64,000 nt of DNA from positions 2,955 through 66,954 of the IMG/VR virus record IMGVR_UViG_3300034110_000188; one strand, given 5' to 3'. The number at the start of each line of letters is the position of its first letter. Position 1 is the first letter of the stretch. Made by a program: the position numbers and the translations under genes. The notes below the pieces were generated by a model. That model ran no database searches. It saw only the letters and a program-made list of their open reading frames with translations, and was not told the origin of the DNA. Source of the DNA: a virus. Below are positions 39,601 to 49,227 of the stretch, in pieces.

Positions 39601-42600
39601 AAAAAAACTAAGAGAATTTTAGGTGATGGTTATAGATATGAATTAACAGGTAAAGAAGCAAAAGATTATGCCGTACAAGAGCGAAGCACAGAGGAAGTTC
39701 TTCCACGCGAACAAGAGCAAGCTGGAGAAACAGGGGGTCAACGTGAAGGAATGGGACAAAGCCTCGAAGGGCAAGAAGTTGCCCAAGAAAGCGCCCAAAA
39801 AGTAGAAGACTTAAGAGCACAGGAACAGGCTGAGTTGATTGAAGCTATTCCAAATGCTGAACAGTACATGACGGATGGTAAAGTTGATCGAACTAAGATT
39901 ACTAACCCTGAAGAATTAAAAACTTTTGATAATATCTACAAAAAGTATGATGAGATTATCACTCCGTTAATAAGAGAAGTTAAAGTAGAAGAATCTCCTA
40001 AAGGAAAGATAACTGTATTTAGGGGTATTGGTAACAATGTGGCTGAATCAGAAAATGGAAGTACTCTTTGGGTAGCTGAAGATGAAGAGGTTGCTAAGAA
40101 TTATGCTGGAACAAACGAAGAAGGATTATTGAATGTTGAGAAAATAGAGATTGAAAAACCTACTAATCCAATTGAAATGCCTTATAAACTAGCAACCGAA
40201 GTCAGAGCTTCTGACATAGGGAATAACTTACGTTCAGTGGTTAAAGATTTATATAAGAATAAAAAAATATCTAAAGAAAAATTAACTGAAATAATAGCTT
40301 TAATAAAAGATTTTGAAACAAAGGCTGGCAATAATTTAGAGTTATTTACTGCTAAGCTAAATAAAAAAGAATCTGCCGAAGCTTTTTCTAAAATCGCTCA
40401 ATCATTAGGTTTTGATGGTGTAGTTCAAAAAGAATCAGCTACAAGAGATGGAGATAAAACTAATACATATGGCATATTTAAAAATAAGTATGAATCTATT
40501 TTATTAGAAGAGACTCCAGTAGTTGAACAAGTAACTATTGATGACGTAAAAACACTTGACACAACAGATGAAGCAGATGTCAAAGAAGTAGCTGAAGAAT
40601 CTGAGGCAGATCAAATGGTTAGGCTTCAGAATTTATTAGCTAAAAGTAATAAGACTTTTGTTACTAAAGTAATTAACATACTTAAGAAGACTGGATTAGC
40701 TAAGAAAGTATCAATGCTTAATTCTAAGCAGATAGAGAATAAACTTAAGTCACTTGGTATAAATCCAGATGTAGCTAAACAAGTTTCTGTGTGGCATGGA
40801 TCTCCATATTCTTTTGATAAGTTTACAACAGCAGCTATGGGTACTGGTGAAGGTGCTCAAGCATTTGGTTGGGGGTTATACTTTACTGACTTAGAGAGTA
40901 TAGCTAAGGGTTACGCTAAAGCACTTGCATCATTAAAGTATGATGGAAAAAATGTAGATCAAAATGATCTTTTTGAAATGCTATTCAGAGATTTAGATGC
41001 TTCAAATTCTGATTTTTATGATTATGAAACAGGAAAAATATTTAATTTAAAAAAATTCAAAGAATACATCGATGATAATTTTGAATATTTTTCTAATTTA
41101 GAAATTAACGAAAAATCACCTTCTGTCACAAGATTGATGCAGGATTATGAATATCGTGATGAGAAACTAAATCAAGCTAAAGAAAATTACAGAAAAGGTA
41201 AAGAAATAGATTTTGATAGAATTAAAAATCAATTATTAGAAAATGGTATAGATGAAAGAACAGCTAATATTTTAACATCTGATCTTAAAAAGAATCACGA
41301 AGCAAATATAAATTACCTTAGAAATGCAATAAAATATCTATCTGAAAGAGATATGATATTAAAAGAAGTTGTACAAAACGAAAGGAATAGAACTAAAAGT
41401 CAGTTAAATTATTTTAAACTATTAAAGAATAATTTTGATAAATTTGATCTAACTAGAAACTTATATAAAGTATCTCTACATAAAGGAAAACAACCTTCTG
41501 AGTATGATTGGTTACAGTGGGATAAAGAACTCACTAAAGATCAAATGAAGAAAATACTAGATAACGACATAGATGGTAGTATAGCAGAAGCGTTAGAAGA
41601 TAATTTTTCTGAACTTTACGATATAAAAACAACTAATGAACTACTAGATACTATGTATAACATAGGTCTTACTGGTAGTGATTTTTACAAAATATTATCA
41701 AAAAATATAGGAGAAAACCCATCAGGTAAAGATGCATCATTGGCTCTATTAAACGCTGGTATAGACGGAATAAAATACCCAGCAGAAAGTATTTCTCGTG
41801 GAGCAACATCTGAAACAGCAAGAGGTTTTAACTACGTGGTATTTGATGAAAATGCAATTACTATTGAAGAGCAAATTCAATTTCAAAAAGCATTAGCTAA
41901 AAAAGGAGTTGAGTTAATAACAAATGGATTCGTTCATAATGGTGAGGTTTATATAAACTCTGATAACTTAAATCCAGAGACACCTATTCATGAATTCTCG
42001 CATTTATTTAATTCTTGGTTAAAGGAAAACAATAAGGAACTTTACAATAAAGGAATTGCTTTAGTTAAAGCTGAATTAGATAATGAGAAAAGTGAGATAA
42101 AAGATGTAATTGATTACGTTAAATCCACTCAACCAGATTTAAAAGGAGATGCTTTACTTGAAGAGATTTTAACACAATTAACTGGAGAAAAAGGAGCTGA
42201 GCTAATTAAAACTAATTCAGCTATAGGTAATTGGTTGAAAGAATTCTGGAAGAGCATTAAAGATAAGTTAGGATTACTTGATGTAACTCCAGAGCAGTTA
42301 TCTAAAATGACTGTAAGTGAATTTGCTGAAGCTAGTGCTGTTCAGTTGCTTAAAGGGCAAAAAATAGGCAGTGCAGAAACTGGTACTAAATTCCAAAAAG
42401 CAACTGATGGAATGTCTGCTGCTGATATCGTAAGAATCGGTAAGGCTAATGGTATTGCTAATTCAGTCATTAAAAAGTATCTAAAAGATAATGGGTATAC
42501 TAACTATACATCATTATTTCCTTCAGTTAAAGTTAGTCCAGCAGCTAAAGCGGCTAAAGCTATCACAAAGAAACCTGCTCCTAAGATGGTTACCGTTGAT

Positions 42601-45600
42601 GAAATGGCTGCGTTAAAGGATCAGATTAGACTTGAAGCAAGAGCTGCAAGAGGAGCCAAAGCAAACATAAAAGAAAACATCGAGAAAATATCCACACTCA
42701 TCAAGAGTATGGTTACAGCAAAAGGTGACATTAAGCAAAGACATTTAAAGTATATCTTCAATAAACTTGCTAGTACAAACTTAACTAGCGACGAATCTGT
42801 TGACAAGTTATTGGATTATATATTCAAGAAAATGACAGATGCAAATTACTTGAATAAACTTGATGAAATTGAAAAAATCAATAAGGCTATTAAGAATAAT
42901 AAAAACATGGTTGCTGAGATTAAGTACTTGGCAGATATGTTTACTAAAATTGATTTGAGCAAAGTAAGTAATATTGATAAGCATCTTGAGATAGCTAATA
43001 AATTAAAAGAATCTTTAGCTAGATACACTAAGAAAACAGATCCAACTGGAGTTGAGTTTAGAAAGAACGTAAATTACCAAGAGTTGCTTGACTATGTTTC
43101 TAAAAATGAAGATAAGTTAAAAACTAAGATTGAGAAAAGTTTATCTGAGGTTTACGATAAGTTATTTGGTGAAGGTGCTTCTGATGGTATGTCTGATGAG
43201 GATATGATTAAGAATATCAATGAAGCTAAGGCAGATAAAGTAGCTGAGATGCGAGATATTGTTGAGGCTAAATTGGAAGATCTTAAGAACGCAATTGACG
43301 AGGATACTCCAGATATAGTGAAGAAAGCTGTTTCGCTTGATCCAAAGTTAATACCAATTACTGACTTAATTGATATCATCAACGGTATAACTATGTACAT
43401 GGATAATGGAATATTGTCTGGTATGAAGAAGATTGTGGCTAAATATGACGGATTAGAAGCAGCTAATAAAAGTAAGGTTAGGTTTAAGCAGTTAATAAGT
43501 ATTCTTGGTAAAAACGCTTCTATACGTTATAATAATTTGTTTGGATATGTTGATAGTATCCTAACAAAAAAGACTGCAAAAGCTGGAGATGTTGAGCAAT
43601 TAAAAAAAGAATCTGGTTATTCTGATATTGAACTTGGGTACAATAAATCTCAAATTGAAAGAAACAAAAAGGAAGCTGAATATAAAAAGAAGTTTGGTAA
43701 AATAAAAAACTTCAATCGTTCAAACAATATCGTAGAAAGACGAATCATCTCTCATATGCAACGTGAGTTAATGGATTCTGAGAAACAAGGCGAATACTTC
43801 TTAGACAGAAAGAAATTAATAGAAAGCAGTGTCAAAAACTTAAAAGCGTCAAATGATATTCAACTTGTTGAAGAAGGTAAATTATTAGAAGAGTCTGCTA
43901 TTAAGTTAGGTGTTTTAAATAAAGATGGTAGTGTTAATGAAAGCAGCACTATGAATGATATCAATAGCAAAACTCAAAAGTTTAATCTTGATTCTGTTAA
44001 GTATATTCAAGATATGTTTAGCGATATATATGAAGCTTTATATGATCACTCACTTGGTTTTTATAATACTCTTTTAGAAAGAGACGTTAACTATACTCCA
44101 GACGTAATAAGATTAATAGCAAAAGTAGGAACAGATGAAGATGCTGTTAATAAATCAGATTTCTCTAGATTCACAGGTATGCTAGTTAAGAAAGCTGGTA
44201 TATTAATGAAGACAAATAGACCTAGTTCATTAACAGATAAATATATCTCACTTAATTTTGATCAAGATATGTTTGGTGCTTATGAGGCTGCATTACGAGA
44301 TTTATACACATCTGAATATAAACAAAAATTCAATGCATACAGAAGTTCGGATGCGTTCAATGATATAATGGGTAAAGATAAGAATGGAATTTCTAGAGAT
44401 GCTAAACTTGTCAACCAAAGATATGATGCATATGTAAATGTAAAGGAAGGAAACATAGCTCCAGATGACGATACGGATAGAGCAATTAAAAAATTCTTAA
44501 ATACTATTGGAGTATATAACACTGCAATTGCTTTGGGTAGTTTGAAGAATATACTTGCTCAATCTATACCTACTTGGATTGATACTATGGTATCTACTAA
44601 ATCATACTTAAATCCTAAGCGAGCTGGTAATGTAATTATAGATTCTTTTAACCCACAGATATGGGATTTTGTAGAAAGAGCTAATTCGCAAGTTGCGTTA
44701 CGTGGAAAAGATGCTGTTAGATTTACAGAGACGGTTAAGGATATGATGAAGAAGGAATCTTTTACTGGTGATGTTAAAAAAATATCAGGTAAAATTTTGA
44801 ATTTTATTCCTGAACAAGTAATAAAAATAACTAATCAGTATCCAGATAAGGTAGCGGCTATAGGTACATGGATGGCGTACTATAGAGAGTATTGCGCAAA
44901 AAACAAGATACCTTTAGATTTAGAGAATCCAAATGCTGATGCGGTAAACTATGCTGAAACTAAAACTAAGATACAAATTCTACCTAGTGATGCTGCTGAA
45001 AGAGGTAAGATTGGTACGGAGAATTCTACTGGATACGCGATTGCTAGACAGATGTTATTTCCTTTTAGTTCATTTGCTATAAACTCAAAAAATAGAATTT
45101 ATGGCGATTTATTGAGAATATTTAGAGGTGATACTTTAAATGCTACTAGTGATATGGTGGGTGCCATTGCTGGTGTTACAGCTTTTCAGATGATTAATCA
45201 TTATTGGAAAATATATGTAGGAGGTATTATAGCATCAGCATTATTTGGAGATGATGAAGATGAGGAGGAACTAGCTAAACGAATTAAATCCTCGAAAGCA
45301 AATTCATTATTACAAGGTATTCAAGATTTTGTATCTCCTATGCCTATTCTTGATCCATTGATTCCTGTTTTAGGTAATAAAATAATAAGTGCTTATGATT
45401 TAGGATTACCAGAGGAACAAGAGTGGAATGAATTCTTGGAGAAAAAAGTAACGTCATTAAAGAAAAAACAAAATAAAAGTTACACAGACGAAGAAATTGA
45501 AGAAATGAAAGTTAAGTTCTTCAAGGATAATCAATTCCAATTGAGAGAACAAGATAAGTTAGACTACCTTGACAAGTTTGGATCATTGGGTATATCTTCT

Positions 45601-46008
45601 AAAGTATCGATAGAACTTTTTGATATTTATCAATCAGCTACTACAGGTGTTTATATGACCGAATTCAATGGTAAACCAGTAGAGAAGATATTACCTGAAG
45701 CTGGAAAAGAAAAAATGAAACAAATTCTTTACGCAAAAATAGCTGGATTAACATTTACAGATATAAATAGACAAGCTCAACAAGCATACTATAAAGTAGG
45801 CAAGGAAATGTCATTGACGGCTACTCAAGCTGAGACAGCTGATAAAATCAAAGAATGGTCTGATTTTAATGGATACAAAATGGATGAATATACTTATCAA
45901 GCTATCAAGAATGAATCATCATTAAATAAAGTGAAAGCAGCCATCAGAAAAATGGACGGCATGTCAGTTAAAGAAAAGGATGAGTATATTAAATCACTAA
46001 AGGATTAA
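36676..46008 (+). CDS. giant (3110 aa) polyvalent/ejection protein with two ADP-ribosyltransferase-like segments and an HExxH zincin motif
   Basis: TVFRG...LWVAEDEEVAKNYA...GFDGV; VWHGSP...GEGAQAFGWGLYFT...GIDGIKY...NYVVFD; ETPIHEFSH. Confidence 0.7.
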   Translation: MPDLKQSLRDFVATSNSGNYKTEGEVMSKFPELKGYDITVLRDFVATSNSGKYKNEDEVFAKFPEFKFSTPKKKVPTQVSKPSVGSSGTTETPQKQSSGSLKQDGIYKYQGNLKANYKKENGQWYIDPTGGTKFQPLAQGDVAKRVKVLESQANYDADLTAYNMPNKAQYKPLLLPDNIEGAQAINAKETEKYKDLSKAKVFTGFPTKEENKYRVVDGLWQRSVPNEKGEYSDWSTVKSESSIKALNGQFKQNVNLDVAKTLEEYSKIGFKDINSDLIGGDEGDAVPMLNNKYKSLGFSFREGLGDQMIVTSSIEGVPEITIDMDSWDGAKDAHNAARLKAYLSENALTPQKEKEQAFEKKATGILSKGIYNEPDRVQRNADGTLQSPIMNVPKIDQGFVTEFQQAEKQVKLRNLEKETGLNMDEIQAKKARKATVYGSEKVISGDLTAKSISSQNKVNKVYVDNEIKDINLRDKYTQRLITQYENDKADFEANYDNYSQEEITIKENQLKEKAKELKQSYDQSEKDAKNVDYLIQSQAASTISEKLVKEKTGTVAGAIGRSLTDAIIDSGLGIYQAVGNNVTTRERQAAKDSVAELFTTTTSEFTASEDRSLVTSTLVALTQMTPAIAAGVATGGATAGAAYFWGMSYSNTYDSMEGLDLPEEDRKMMSFAIATATAALESYGLEKITSNKAASGFVAKRVAQVLSGLPKEATMDMMNNAIYTDMKKVVADKLIKVVSKGVIEGGVEVSQSAAEQEIKNLYEQAKKKDVFQEDWGTFGKNALKEFLIGSFAGSTVNAMSGLGTTVKQLSDPVNFGLSKEIANDEDLQDLFKNDLKSKIIQGEITIPEAKAKLRAMGEFKSLLGKVPSNMLENNQREAMKLIEEKQKLQREIEGKEPSLVEDKKQRIVDIDNEMKQLVESESVIPDEISSLNDDEQVIFNVETLEEVPEQFRDRAVKKSGMEVTLRKKILGLPIGKKTKRILGDGYRYELTGKEAKDYAVQERSTEEVLPREQEQAGETGGQREGMGQSLEGQEVAQESAQKVEDLRAQEQAELIEAIPNAEQYMTDGKVDRTKITNPEELKTFDNIYKKYDEIITPLIREVKVEESPKGKITVFRGIGNNVAESENGSTLWVAEDEEVAKNYAGTNEEGLLNVEKIEIEKPTNPIEMPYKLATEVRASDIGNNLRSVVKDLYKNKKISKEKLTEIIALIKDFETKAGNNLELFTAKLNKKESAEAFSKIAQSLGFDGVVQKESATRDGDKTNTYGIFKNKYESILLEETPVVEQVTIDDVKTLDTTDEADVKEVAEESEADQMVRLQNLLAKSNKTFVTKVINILKKTGLAKKVSMLNSKQIENKLKSLGINPDVAKQVSVWHGSPYSFDKFTTAAMGTGEGAQAFGWGLYFTDLESIAKGYAKALASLKYDGKNVDQNDLFEMLFRDLDASNSDFYDYETGKIFNLKKFKEYIDDNFEYFSNLEINEKSPSVTRLMQDYEYRDEKLNQAKENYRKGKEIDFDRIKNQLLENGIDERTANILTSDLKKNHEANINYLRNAIKYLSERDMILKEVVQNERNRTKSQLNYFKLLKNNFDKFDLTRNLYKVSLHKGKQPSEYDWLQWDKELTKDQMKKILDNDIDGSIAEALEDNFSELYDIKTTNELLDTMYNIGLTGSDFYKILSKNIGENPSGKDASLALLNAGIDGIKYPAESISRGATSETARGFNYVVFDENAITIEEQIQFQKALAKKGVELITNGFVHNGEVYINSDNLNPETPIHEFSHLFNSWLKENNKELYNKGIALVKAELDNEKSEIKDVIDYVKSTQPDLKGDALLEEILTQLTGEKGAELIKTNSAIGNWLKEFWKSIKDKLGLLDVTPEQLSKMTVSEFAEASAVQLLKGQKIGSAETGTKFQKATDGMSAADIVRIGKANGIANSVIKKYLKDNGYTNYTSLFPSVKVSPAAKAAKAITKKPAPKMVTVDEMAALKDQIRLEARAARGAKANIKENIEKISTLIKSMVTAKGDIKQRHLKYIFNKLASTNLTSDESVDKLLDYIFKKMTDANYLNKLDEIEKINKAIKNNKNMVAEIKYLADMFTKIDLSKVSNIDKHLEIANKLKESLARYTKKTDPTGVEFRKNVNYQELLDYVSKNEDKLKTKIEKSLSEVYDKLFGEGASDGMSDEDMIKNINEAKADKVAEMRDIVEAKLEDLKNAIDEDTPDIVKKAVSLDPKLIPITDLIDIINGITMYMDNGILSGMKKIVAKYDGLEAANKSKVRFKQLISILGKNASIRYNNLFGYVDSILTKKTAKAGDVEQLKKESGYSDIELGYNKSQIERNKKEAEYKKKFGKIKNFNRSNNIVERRIISHMQRELMDSEKQGEYFLDRKKLIESSVKNLKASNDIQLVEEGKLLEESAIKLGVLNKDGSVNESSTMNDINSKTQKFNLDSVKYIQDMFSDIYEALYDHSLGFYNTLLERDVNYTPDVIRLIAKVGTDEDAVNKSDFSRFTGMLVKKAGILMKTNRPSSLTDKYISLNFDQDMFGAYEAALRDLYTSEYKQKFNAYRSSDAFNDIMGKDKNGISRDAKLVNQRYDAYVNVKEGNIAPDDDTDRAIKKFLNTIGVYNTAIALGSLKNILAQSIPTWIDTMVSTKSYLNPKRAGNVIIDSFNPQIWDFVERANSQVALRGKDAVRFTETVKDMMKKESFTGDVKKISGKILNFIPEQVIKITNQYPDKVAAIGTWMAYYREYCAKNKIPLDLENPNADAVNYAETKTKIQILPSDAAERGKIGTENSTGYAIARQMLFPFSSFAINSKNRIYGDLLRIFRGDTLNATSDMVGAIAGVTAFQMINHYWKIYVGGIIASALFGDDEDEEELAKRIKSSKANSLLQGIQDFVSPMPILDPLIPVLGNKIISAYDLGLPEEQEWNEFLEKKVTSLKKKQNKSYTDEEIEEMKVKFFKDNQFQLREQDKLDYLDKFGSLGISSKVSIELFDIYQSATTGVYMTEFNGKPVEKILPEAGKEKMKQILYAKIAGLTFTDINRQAQQAYYKVGKEMSLTATQAETADKIKEWSDFNGYKMDEYTYQAIKNESSLNKVKAAIRKMDGMSVKEKDEYIKSLKD

Positions 46009-47141
46009 TCAAAGAATATGTCGGTATGGCGTACATCGTTACTGAACTTCGGTATCTCTTGTACGCTGTACCCACAGTAAGATACACCAAAGTTATGCTG
46101 TACCCAATTTGACGGTGGAGCAAATGACATGAAGTTACGGTAGTCAAAGCGACGAGCTCTGTCGTAAGCAAGTTGGTGTAAGTCACCCTTATCTAAGTGT
46201 ATATACTTAGCTGTTATATTTTTTTCATATATGTAATCCAACAGGATTGTACTTGTCTTAGGATCAAGTTTCAACGGGAATCCTTTAAACATATACTTAG
46301 CATCCTTACCGTGCGTTAAGATGTGGCAGTGATCGCCATAGTAAGTTGGTGTAATGAACTCGTCTAACACCAAGAACTCAACTTTAGGCATGATATGCTC
46401 AAGTACCATTTGTATTGTGCGGTTAGCGATGTAAGCAAAGCTACCACTGTGGTTATCTGAACTTACGTTACGACACACGATTTTCTTAGCAAACGACTCA
46501 CACATTCTAATGAGACGTAACTTTCCTTGAACAAACGTTTCGAACTGTTGCTCAGTGCTCATGTTTTGCTCTAGCTCGTGTCCTCCGCGTGTTGTCTTAC
46601 CGTTGTACCCGTCAAGTCCATCTCCTAAATCGTCAATAAATAAAACGTCATACGGTCCGTTTTGCATTACCTTACTTCTAATGTAGTTGTACACATGATC
46701 AATTCTTTGGTTGAAAATTTCAGCATTGTACTCGTAAGTGTAAAGGCTTTTAGCTCCAGGACTAAGCCCAACGTGCATGTCTGACAAGACAACACGAAGA
46801 GCCATCTCGGAACTTGATACTACTTTGTTAATCGGTTGTGGTGTGAGTTTAGCTTGAGAGATTATCTTTCTTACGGCATCCTCTATGTTTGTGTTACCTG
46901 GGTTTACGTTGATTGAGAAGTGTTTTCCTTTGTACCAGTAGCGTGGCACCTCATTAGGGTCTATCCCTTGTTTTTCACACTCTTCAACGAACGAGTTTTT
47001 ATGATTCCAATTTGAAACATTCTTGCGAAGTGAGTCAACGTTTTCTATGTCAAATTCTTTTGCTAAGATTCTAGCTGCTTCTGAGAAGTTGTAACCTTCT
47101 TCATTGACCAATTGAATGGCTCTGGATTTGATTTTCTCCAT
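46005..47141 (-). CDS. HTH plus calcineurin-like metallophosphoesterase
   Basis: SDMHVG, DLGDGLDG, DNH, THG, GDLH motifs; N-terminal SEAARIL HTH. Confidence 0.7.
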   Translation of the reverse strand: MEKIKSRAIQLVNEEGYNFSEAARILAKEFDIENVDSLRKNVSNWNHKNSFVEECEKQGIDPNEVPRYWYKGKHFSINVNPGNTNIEDAVRKIISQAKLTPQPINKVVSSSEMALRVVLSDMHVGLSPGAKSLYTYEYNAEIFNQRIDHVYNYIRSKVMQNGPYDVLFIDDLGDGLDGYNGKTTRGGHELEQNMSTEQQFETFVQGKLRLIRMCESFAKKIVCRNVSSDNHSGSFAYIANRTIQMVLEHIMPKVEFLVLDEFITPTYYGDHCHILTHGKDAKYMFKGFPLKLDPKTSTILLDYIYEKNITAKYIHLDKGDLHQLAYDRARRFDYRNFMSFAPPSNWVQHNFGVSYCGYSVQEIPKFSNDVRHTDIFFD

Positions 47142-47283
47142 AAGATCTTTTTACGTCGCGTAGCGTCCTGATTAGGGCTTCGCATATTTGAATTACATTC
47201 TCGTCGTTATCCATCAATGCCTCATACAGATCGTCTGTATAGTCGTTAATTTCTTGCATAGTGGATAACACGTATTGACTCAT
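47101..47283 (-). CDS. hypothetical protein
   Basis: 60-aa ORF filling the gap, coupled overlap. Confidence 0.5.
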   Translation of the reverse strand: MSQYVLSTMQEINDYTDDLYEALMDNDENVIQICEALIRTLRDVKRSYGENQIQSHSIGQ

Positions 47284-47561
47284 GCTGGCAAATCTACCAT
47301 TATTTTTGATGAAAACCTAACATTAGTTAAAAAATATTTAACATCGTATAGTTTATAATCTTTAACTCGGTTCTTTGTCAGCCTACGCATTGTATTGTCA
47401 TAGCGCGATTTAGCTATCTTTTGATCGTCATCTAAAGTGACTGGTACGTTCTCAAGTGAGAACACATGACGTTCCTCTTTTGGTTTAGTTTTCTGTCTAG
47501 CGCGTGGCTTAGGTCGACCAACTAAGAAGAACTTAATGTCGGCTATGTAGAGTGCTGTCAT
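47280..47561 (-). CDS. hypothetical basic protein
   Basis: 93-aa ORF with ATGA overlaps. Confidence 0.55.
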   Translation of the reverse strand: MTALYIADIKFFLVGRPKPRARQKTKPKEERHVFSLENVPVTLDDDQKIAKSRYDNTMRRLTKNRVKDYKLYDVKYFLTNVRFSSKIMVDLPA

Positions 47562-47818
47562 AACTTATCAAAATTTACGTTATAATCTGTCCATACGTGA
47601 TACTTTATCCCTCTGGACTGTAATTCCTTCATTCTATATTTTTGGATCTCGCTAAGGACTCCTTTCTCTGTCTTAACCTCAACGAACATAACATCATCTG
47701 GTTTAACTGCAACTAAGTCAGCTATACCGTTTACGTTTGTCTTCATCAGTTTAATGACGTACCATCCATCAGCCTCAAGCTTCTTGATAATTTTCGATTG
47801 TATTTGCGATTCTTTCAT
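47558..47818 (-). CDS. VRR-NUC nuclease (Holliday-junction resolvase-like)
   Basis: E..IQ..I, GIADL, FVEVK...G.LS..Q. Confidence 0.85.
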   Translation of the reverse strand: MKESQIQSKIIKKLEADGWYVIKLMKTNVNGIADLVAVKPDDVMFVEVKTEKGVLSEIQKYRMKELQSRGIKYHVWTDYNVNFDKL

Positions 47819-48068
47819 GTTCTACTTTTCTAAATCTGTCAATTCTAAATGCTGGCTCCTGATATCGACCAAGTAGCTTTTGGTAAATTTCGATATTGTG
47901 AACTTCTTCTAGCCACATACCGTCAACTATTCCATCGTTATCCGTAAAACCACGTATAGTGTACTCAGTATTTTTCTTTATCCAATTCAAGTATACCTCA
48001 CGTACAAACTCAATTTGATCAGCTTTAATCGAATCATCAACACAAATTACTTTGTCACCTATTTTCAT
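47775..48068 (-). CDS. hypothetical protein
   Basis: MKIGDKVICVDDS...YTIR...F...RFRK family pattern. Confidence 0.6.
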   Translation of the reverse strand: MKIGDKVICVDDSIKADQIEFVREVYLNWIKKNTEYTIRGFTDNDGIVDGMWLEEVHNIEIYQKLLGRYQEPAFRIDRFRKVEHERIANTIENYQEA

Positions 48069-48070
48069 AA

Positions 48071-48958
48071 TTAATCAATAAATGCTATTTCTTTTTCAGT
48101 TTTATTTCTATCCACTAAATCGTTAATACCGCACATCCCGTTACATTCAAAAAGTGGCTCTACTTTCCTTAACGGAATATCATCTAGGCATTTGTTATTA
48201 GGATAGTCTGGATGCTTAATAAGGAATACAAGAATATCTTTTTTATTCTTCTTATACTTTTCTTTTGCTTCATTCGATTGGTCCTTCAGCATTGCTACTG
48301 GCTCTCCTTTTAAGTCAGTTAATTCATGTTCTAAATCAGCCATGACTTTAAATTTATCTGGAAATTCTTTCTGCATTTTTTGCCAATAGCCAATTCCACC
48401 CTGCACGCATCCAGTAGAGAAACAATTATTATTTTGAAAACCTAATTTATACATTTCTGGTATTTCAATATTAGCTTCAGTAACTATATCTATGCAATCC
48501 TTTTTATCTAGACCAAGCATTAATAATGGATATATAGCTTTTACTCTTTCTCCATGATTCATTGTCATTGATAATGCTCTGTTGAATTCTTTCTTATCAA
48601 ATTCAAAACCGAACACTTGGTGAGTATAATCAGGATTATTTTTCTCCCACTTCTCACGAACTAATCTCTTCAAATTAGTAGAGCAAATAGCTCCAGTAGC
48701 GGTATTCAATGATTTGTGTTTTCTCCACACATCGAATATGTTACCGTACTTTTCTCCAATACCTGTAATTATTTCTATTGGTAGACCATACCAATTTTCG
48801 CAATCCTTTTTGAATCTATAAGTATCTGGGTGTTCATTCTCAGTATCAATCATAATTACTCGAACTCTCCCCCCCCCATATATTTCTATTGATTTCTTGC
48901 ATGCTACAGCTGAAGTTACTCCTCCTGACCACCATGCTATAATGTCTTTATTTTTCAT
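48071..48958 (-). CDS. PAPS-reductase-like (PP-loop) protein
   Basis: WWSGGVTSA PP-loop, C..LKR, NNNC..GCV, terminal C..C; AT-rich. Confidence 0.75.
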   Translation of the reverse strand: MKNKDIIAWWSGGVTSAVACKKSIEIYGGGRVRVIMIDTENEHPDTYRFKKDCENWYGLPIEIITGIGEKYGNIFDVWRKHKSLNTATGAICSTNLKRLVREKWEKNNPDYTHQVFGFEFDKKEFNRALSMTMNHGERVKAIYPLLMLGLDKKDCIDIVTEANIEIPEMYKLGFQNNNCFSTGCVQGGIGYWQKMQKEFPDKFKVMADLEHELTDLKGEPVAMLKDQSNEAKEKYKKNKKDILVFLIKHPDYPNNKCLDDIPLRKVEPLFECNGMCGINDLVDRNKTEKEIAFID

Positions 48959-49178
48959 ACACTACTTTTACTGGTTTACAATCTAAACTTTTAATAAAAT
49001 CTTTTGCTTGTTTTAAAGTATAATAAGATAAGTTAACTGTTATTTCATCTGTAAATATACCATTTAAACAAATCTCTACATCTTCATAATACCTCCAACC
49101 TTTGCCAATACCTAAAAAACCTTTGCAATAATATTGAGGAAAATATCTATTATCTTTTTTGATTATTCTTACTTTCAT
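48948..49178 (-). CDS. hypothetical protein
   Basis: 76-aa AT-rich ORF. Confidence 0.55.
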   Translation of the reverse strand: MKVRIIKKDNRYFPQYYCKGFLGIGKGWRYYEDVEICLNGIFTDEITVNLSYYTLKQAKDFIKSLDCKPVKVVYEK

Positions 49179-49196
49179 ATCACTTAATTTTAATTA

Positions 49197-49227
49197 CCGA
49201 ACTTTTCCCCGAACTTTTCCCCGAACT
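49197..49227. repeat. 12-bp tandem repeat CCGAACTTTTCC, about 2.6 copies
   Basis: Copies at 49197, 49209 and a partial at 49221. Confidence 0.9.

Noticed and set aside
36676-46008. crAss-like virion RNA polymerase
   Set aside because: I found no DxDxD/DFDGD catalytic motif in a plausible context; ART-like and HExxH motifs fit a polyvalent protein better.
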